Both the position numbers and the translations under genes were made by a program. A stretch of DNA of 64,000 nucleotides from Octopus vulgaris (taxonomy: Eukaryota). The stretch covers positions 5,332,001 through 5,396,000 of the forward strand of contig OX597837.1 of the NCBI GenBank assembly GCA_951406725.2, read 5' to 3'. The stretch's first letter is position 1; each line of letters begins with the position of its first letter. The notes under the pieces were generated by a model, which did no database searches, was not told the DNA's origin, and saw only the letters and a program-made list of their open reading frames with translations. Positions 55,424-64,000 of the stretch are shown here, piece after piece.

Positions 55424-55799
55424 CTTCATAATTCTTGCTCTGGAGTTGAAAGTCCTGTTTTTTCTTTTTCCTCCGTACGGAAGAAGAACGAAAACAACAA
55501 CAGTAACAACAGCAACGACAATACCATCAACAACAACAATCGAAAACAAACAGCAGCAATGAAAATAATTACAAGCATCAGAAATATCAACAGCAACAAC
55601 AACAACAAAAACAACGACAACGAAACATCTAGCTTCGAAAACAAACAAAACAGAAAGGATTTTAAGGTTTATTTGATGTCGAGCAAGGGAAAAATTGCGC
55701 ACAAAACCTGCCTGGAAAATTTTTTCAAGAACACAAACTCTCACCATTATGTTTATATATATACATAACGCTGATGTAAATCTACGGAACAAACAGAAT

Positions 55800-55937
<138 letters not shown>

Positions 55938-56135
55938 GTAATAACAACAACAATAATAATAATAATAATAACAATAGAAATAATACTAACAACAACCAGA
56001 ATAACAATAACAATAATAATGATAATAACAATAATAATGAGGATGATGTTAATATTAACAATAAAGATATTGCTTTCTTTTATTTGCCACAGGGGTATCA
56101 GATGAGGGGACATTGCAAGAAAACTGGTAGTAGAA

Positions 56136-56219
<84 letters not shown>

Positions 56220-56320
56220 ACTACTACTACTACTACTACTACCAGTAGCGTTAGTAGTAAAAATAATATTGATACTAACTAGTGCTAATATTAATAATGA
56301 TGATAATGACGATGATGACG

Positions 56321-56354
<34 letters not shown>

Positions 56355-56368
56355 CAACAATAATAATG

Positions 56369-56443
<75 letters not shown>

Positions 56444-57101
56444 GTAATAATAATAATAATAATAATAATACACTTCCCCGCCACTATAGAAAAAAAATCC
56501 TCCCAGGAAATCCAATATATTTTACAGGGTTTAAAGTAAAAAATAGCTCGTGCGTTGGCCAGGAAGTTTTATGTTTACAATATATTTCGTTTCATCCGCC
56601 ATTTTGTTCGGTAAGTCGCTCTTGTACTCTGTGTTTATTTATATATGTATATTTCTGTTCATTCATGTATTTATATGTAATCTGTTGCTGTGTATGTGTG
56701 TGTATGTGTATATGTGTTTGTGTGAGTGTGGTGTGTGTTTTTTTTATAAAATGTTATGATATCCCCATTGATTTCTGATTTCGCTGCCATATTTATTTTC
56801 CATTTTGGTATGCATTGCTTGTTTCTTAAATGCTTTTTTTTAAAATCTCTCCCCGCTCCCGAGTTTGTTTAACTTATTTATTATATTTAATTTATTTTAT
56901 CCTCATCAAACTTTTTCGTTGTATTTGAATCTCTTAAAAATATTTCTAGATTTTTCTGGTTGATGTCAGAGGTGGAAGCGAGATGGGATAGAAGGATGGG
57001 ATCTTTTTTTTCATAAATTTTCAATGAAACAAACCCTTTCTTCTGCTCCCTCCATAGCTACCTTCAACATACTCTTGCTATCATCATCATCATCATCATC
57101 A

Positions 57102-57147
<46 letters not shown>

Positions 57148-57190
57148 ATTTTATTAATATGATTTTTGCCATTATTATTTATGCTATCAT

Positions 57191-57264
<74 letters not shown>

Positions 57265-57269
57265 ATTGC

Positions 57270-57344
<75 letters not shown>

Positions 57345-57352
57345 CATTATTA

Positions 57353-57410
<58 letters not shown>

Positions 57411-57432
57411 CATTATTATTATTATCATTATT

Positions 57433-57467
<35 letters not shown>

Positions 57468-58863
57468 TTATTATTATTATTATTATCATCATCATCTTTA
57501 TTATTTAACTTAATTTTTAAATCAAACCTCTTGTATCTAAGCCTACACCTTTTACCCCCATCACGCCCGATTTAGCAGGATTGTTTTCCTCTCAGCTTCC
57601 CTTTCAATATTGTGTTGTTTTCTTGTTGTGTTATTATTTATTGTGTTATGTTTTATTGCATCCCATTGTGTTGTTATGTAATATATATTGTATTCGGGTT
57701 GTTATTGTTGTTGTGTTTTTGCTATTGTTTCCTTTTGTTATTTTTTTCTCTATTTCGGGTGTACATGTTTCAGGTGGCCGCTTTGCTGTGTTTATAGTGG
57801 TGCAGTCTATTGATCTGCTACTGAGCTGTGTATAGGGTGTTCTTCTATGTCTGTATGTCTGCGTGTGTATACAAGCATGTTTAGCACTACGTGCGGAAGA
57901 TGTATACGGCGTTAATTCAATTGCTTTAAAGGGCTTTTTTTCTTCTGATGCCCTGTTTGGAATCGAAGAAGACGTACATGTGTATATATAATTATAGACA
58001 TGAGCATACACATTAACATACTGGAGGAAACAAACAAATACATATTACACACACACACACATACATACATTATATTTACATGCATATATATATATATATA
58101 TATATGCACTTGTATACACATCAGTGTGTGAAATCCATAAATGTATTGCAACATACATTCATAGGTATATATTTATATACCCACTCACACATGCACACAT
58201 ATACACACATGCACACACATGCACACACACATAAAAACAAACACACATATATACGCAAATATTTACTTTGCGAATAAGCTCATAGAAATATAGTTACATA
58301 CACATAAATATATAAACATATTTATTGACTTATATATATACATATATATATATAGATGTATATATTTTAAATATACATGTATATACACAAACATTTTAAG
58401 TAGTATATATATATATACATATAAATATATACATATATACATGTATACTTAACTCTGTATATATAGAATATATACATATACATATAGAAATATTTACCTA
58501 TATATTCATGTATATGCATATATATATGTATATAAATATGTCTATATATTTACCTCTCTCTTTTCCTCTTTTTTGATATATATATAATGCATATATATAT
58601 ATATTGGTATAATATATATACATACATATATGTATTTAATGCATGATGTTTATATGTGCGCACTAAGATATATATACAGGTAGGAAAACAAACTTTAAAA
58701 AATACGTATTATATATTACAAAGTTTTATATAATTTATATTTCCTTCGAAACATTAATATTCTTAGAATGATACTTATTTAGAATTATGAATTAAATATA
58801 TACTATTATGTACATAAGTATAAATAAATACACCCACCTACCTACACACTATTCTGGATGTAC

Positions 58864-58920
<57 letters not shown>

Positions 58921-59275
58921 GATATATTATATATATATACAAACACATATTCCATGATATATGTCCGTACGTGTGTATATATATATGTATATATACGTGT
59001 TTGTGTGCATACATTTCTGTGTATGTTCGATTCTGTATATGCTTTTGAACTACGTTTTGAATGCATAGAAATATATTTCGTATCATTTGGCAAAGACAAG
59101 CATTTCTTCCTCTCAAAAGAAAAGACTAGATACCACAACAGAACTTGGATAATAAGGAACACTAAAAGAACACAATAGGAAAATCAGGAATAACAAATCT
59201 TAAAAAAGAAAAAAAACGATTTCATGGGTTTAATTCTACGAGATCAACAACAACTACAATAACAACAACAACCTC

Positions 59276-59349
<74 letters not shown>

Positions 59350-59710
59350 TAACAACATCGATGAATTCTGCATCAACAAAAGCCAAATTTTATAAAGAAA
59401 ATAACGTCATTAATAACCGCAGCCGAAACACAAAGCTTGGTTGCTCCCTTTAGTAAAAGGAATACGTAATTGTAATAATAAGGAGAACAGCAGAAGGGGG
59501 TTTAAAGAAAGGATGATTAATAAGTGTTCTTGGTAAAAAATGCGGAGGAATTTTTAAATCCTTGAAAGAAACGTTAAATATAGAAACAATAATATGTAAG
59601 ATATACAATATATAACAACAATATATAAGATATATTGCAATAAATAATAAAGTTATAAGACGGATAAGAAGGGATAGAATAAATCCAACCACATACACAA
59701 ATATACATAC

Positions 59711-59760
<50 letters not shown>

Positions 59761-59884
59761 GTATATAAATAAGCATGTATAATCTATGTAAGTATATAAT
59801 CTATCTATCTATCTATCTATATTCATATACAAATGTAAGTATATATATATATACACACATATTTATATTCGTGTATACATATGA

Positions 59885-59919
<35 letters not shown>

Positions 59920-59921
59920 TA

Positions 59922-59975
<54 letters not shown>

Positions 59976-60205
59976 GTATTTATATGCATGTATATATATG
60001 TATATGTATATATATAACATACAGTATGTACGTATATAAATAAAGGAGCACAGATATATACATAAATGTATTTATGTATATGCATATACATATGTATATA
60101 TATATATATTTTGCATATATACACACATAGGTATATGTATACATATACATACATAAATATTATATATATATATATATAACATACATATATGCATGTATGT
60201 TTATA

Positions 60206-60236
<31 letters not shown>

Positions 60237-60407
60237 GTAATATATACATATATATGTAATATATATACATAATATTTATATATATATAACATACATTTTT
60301 GTTTATTTTCGTAAATCTTCCCGTTATATATAACATATATATACATATGATATGTATATATATATATGCACATACATACATACATAAATATTTATATATA
60401 TGTAACA

Positions 60408-60452
<45 letters not shown>

Positions 60453-60770
60453 TATATATATATAAATAGCTACGTATGCATGTACTTGGAGAACGATTCA
60501 TTTGTAAAATTCTTAAGAAAAAATAGGAAACCAGTATTGAATAAACAAAGAATTTGTTTCAGAAAATAATAAAAAATGACATTCTTATTGAATTAAGATA
60601 AGTTATAAAAGAAAATAACTAAATGCTCCAGCTGGCCGATAATCCTTTTTACAACCTTAACATTTTTTTCTTTTCCCTTGTTTCCTTGCTGGAGTGTGTA
60701 TGTGTGCAGCGTGTGTTTGCGCATGATTGTCTAGATAGATATAATTTTCAGTGTTCTTTTCTCCCCTCAA

Positions 60771-60834
<64 letters not shown>

Positions 60835-60853
60835 GATCTATCTATCTATCTAT

Positions 60854-62511
60854 AGGGTAGACCATCGATACTTGGAGGCGGTCCTCAGAGCGGCTGGCTT
60901 CGGTCCCGTCTTCCGCGGCTGGATAGCCGCTTTGTACAGAGGCATCCGTTCGGTAATACGCGTGAATGGACATCTATCGAGACCCTTCGACATCGCACGT
61001 TCGGTCCGTCAGGGATGCCCCCTTTCGTCGCTTCTATACGTATTGACTCTCGAGCCATTATTGCAGAAGCTGGCAACTTTGAGGGGCATCTCGCGAGAAC
61101 TGGGATGCGGGACGAGCGTGTCTGCATACGCGGACGACGTCACCGTCATAGTGTCTAGCCACGAGACATCGAGCAGGTCGGCGAGACACTGAAAAACTAC
61201 GAAGCGGTGACAGGAGCGAAAATTAACCGGGAAAAGTCAGTGGGCTTGCGACTAGGCACCTGGAGAAGCAAGCCCATGCCGTCCACCAGCGCCTCCGTCG
61301 TGGGACGCTGAACCGACGGCCCGGTTGAGTTGCTCGGGGTCTGGTTTGGTCCGGACCTCCAAGTGGAGAAGAACTGGAACGAGATAACGAGTAGGGTGGT
61401 CACTCTCGCCCGGCAATGGGCCTAGAGGAAACTGTCCCTAAAAGGTCGGGCGGAGGTGGGGAACACGTACATCGCGTCCGTCATCTACTACCGCCTGACC
61501 GTCGTACCTTGTCCCGACCCTACCATCACCAAACTACAACGCATTCTCTTTCGCTTCTTGTGGAAAGGATGCGTCCCGATGGTCAGGCGATCCATTTGCT
61601 GTCAACACCCGTTAAAAGGAGTGCTGGGCATGCCGTGGTTGATGATGCGCAGACACGCGCTGAGACTGCGACATCTCTGGCTCTATGTAGACGACGGTGA
61701 ACAGGTGTGGTCGCCGTTTGTGAGGCATGCTTTCCCGCAGCTCGTCTCCATGACCGAACTGCAGTCGTGGATCAAAAAGAGGCCGAGGAAGGGCGAATGG
61801 CACCGCGAGTGTCGCGTTGCTCTCAAGCAACTCTGCCGTCCTGGGTCGACCTTGAGTGACATCAACACAACCAAAGCATTCTATAGGGGATTAGTGGAGG
61901 GGAGGTACGACGACGAGCTCGGGGCGAACCTGGACGTCGACGAGGAGTACCTGACCCGCCTGTTCAGGACGACTTTCGGGCCAGGGCCCATGGACAACTT
62001 CCAGAGATCCCTGGCCTGGCAGTGTTACCGAGAAGCGCTACCCGTTCGGGATAAGTTCTACAGACACGGCTCGAGAAACACGGGGCCGACCTGCCCGAGA
62101 TGCGGTCAGAGCAACGAAACCGTTCTGCACGCACTCGTGCAATGTCCAACAATTTCCGACCTGTGGGCTTGTGTCGAACAACTGCTGTCACGTGTGGGAC
62201 TAGTCGGTTTATCAGCTGAGTCTATCGTCAATATTGTCACGCCTCCTTCCTTCAAACGGGAAGGAAGAGCTATTTTCATCATCCTTGTGGCTATGGCGAA
62301 AGAATGTATCTGGTGGACGCGTCTGAAAGGATTGGAGACAAACGCTTTCCTCTCTGGTCAATCTCTCATCAACTTCTTCAAGTACCACTTGAAAAGGAAA
62401 GTGAGAGTAGAGAGGCAAGTTTTGTCTAGCGAATGTTTTAAAAAAAGATGGGTGAATGTAGCAAGGATGGCACGTATGAATGACAAAGCCACCTTGAGCA
62501 TAATCCTATGA
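60854..62511 (+). pseudogene. Tx1-like ORF2 (RT second half to CCHC), disrupted
   Basis: One frameshift near 61165 and two in-frame stops (TGA ~61308, TAG ~61422); the last ~1 kb is open. Confidence 0.85.
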
Positions 62512-62974
62512 ACCCAGAAATTGAAAACAGAGGGTTACCCACTTGCAAACAAATGTGGTAACATATAACAATATTGACCAAGGTTACCGTGGTCTTTTTC
62601 GTAGGCTTTTCTTCCCACGGATAAACCTTACTTGCTTTCCCCTTTACACCATATATCATAACACTGTGATACACGATCCCTATTGATCGTTCTTTTTTTC
62701 CTCTTCCCCTTTTTTCCCCTTTTTTCTTCTTTTTTCATTTCTCTTTTCTTTTGTTCCTTTTCCTTTTCTTTTTTTTCTTTTTATTCTTTTTATTTTTTAT
62801 TTTATTTTATTTATTTTTTTGTTCTTTTCTTCCCTTTTACGATCCCTCTTGATCGAAAACCTACGCCACCCCCTTTTTTTCTTTTGTTTTTTGTTTTTTT
62901 CATCCCCCAAAAGAAAAGCTCTACCTTGTAACTTGTCCCATCTGTGTGCAGCCCTGTGTGGCCAATAAAGAAAC
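60854..62974 (+). mobile_element. 5'-truncated Tx1/L1-clade LINE inserted in (TATC)n
   Basis: RT motifs (RVDHRYL, SVRQGCPLSSLLY, AYADDVTV, KIN.EKS), C-terminal CCHC knuckle (CPRCGQSNETVLHALVQC), U-rich 3' UTR ending AATAAAGAAAC; (TATC)n on both sides. Confidence 0.9.
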
Positions 62975-63220
<246 letters not shown>

Positions 63221-63901
63221 TTCCCATCTTCATATACTAACACAAACACAAACGGACTTATACATTAGGATTACTATGATACAGTCGCGGGTTCGATTTC
63301 TGAATTGATTGGTGCTAAATTTCACGTTGCCTTATATATAGACATTTGAATACATTGCTCTATGTTTAAATCCTTGAATAAATGCTGAGATATCCACCAC
63401 ATGAAACCATTGGATGCCTTGCTTATTCATAAATAAAGCCTACACACACACACAGACAGACAGACAGACAGACACACACACACACGCACAAACACACACA
63501 CGCGCACACACACACACACGCACATATATAAACATATAAACATGTATATATATATATATATATATAAATTTATATATATATTTATATTTACTTATATATG
63601 ATTGTATGTATATATATTATATTCTTCCATTTGTGTGTGTGTGTGTTCGTGTCTGCATTTGTCAACTGCTCCCACCGCTTACGAACTAGTGTTGGTGCAT
63701 TTAAGTTCACATATATTGGTGGTTCGACAAAAGAGACGACAGTGTAACTACCAGGCTTAAAAAAGGGAATTAGCACACACACACACGCACACGCAAACAC
63801 ACACACACACACACACACAAACGTATTTTACCAGTCATTAGAATATGTCCCAGCATGGCCGCTGTTTAAATACTGAAATAAGCGAAAGGATATATATACA
63901 T

Positions 63902-63940
<39 letters not shown>

Positions 63941-64000
63941 CATACATACATATATATATATACATATATACATATATATATATACATATATATTATATAT

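Noticed and set aside
57646-58011. Non-repetitive 121-aa minus-strand ORF with a possible acceptor near 57955
   Set aside because: No recognisable domain and no supporting neighbouring exons; it cannot be distinguished from a chance ORF.

Overview
AT-rich, microsatellite-saturated eukaryotic DNA. The SINE families and the density of (TA)n, (TAA)n, (TATC)n and (TATG)n suggest an octopod cephalopod (Octopus-like); this is inferred, not proven. I could not identify a host protein-coding gene; the window reads as intronic or intergenic, and nearly all ORF-track entries are microsatellite artefacts. The real coding content is transposon-derived. (1) A young, 5'-truncated R4/Dong-type RLE retrotransposon (RT, CCHC knuckle, PD-(D/E)xK nuclease) lies inside a (TAA)n tract, with an older remnant nearby. 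(2) A 5'-truncated Tx1/L1-clade LINE lies inside (TATC)n. (3) An RTE-clade LINE 3' end lies inside (TATG)n and ends in three C2H2 fingers. (4) There are two mariner deletion derivatives. Non-coding content includes several tRNA-derived SINE families (one amplified into a 107-bp minisatellite, one apparently dimeric), a non-autonomous (TAA)n-embedded element in six pieces, fold-back palindromes at (TA)n tracts, and at least three unrelated minimal type I hammerhead-ribozyme folds with non-canonical cores (CCGAUGA twice, CUGUAGA once). The most notable signals are the hammerhead variants, the triple-finger RTE tail, and the sorting of different retroelements into different microsatellites.
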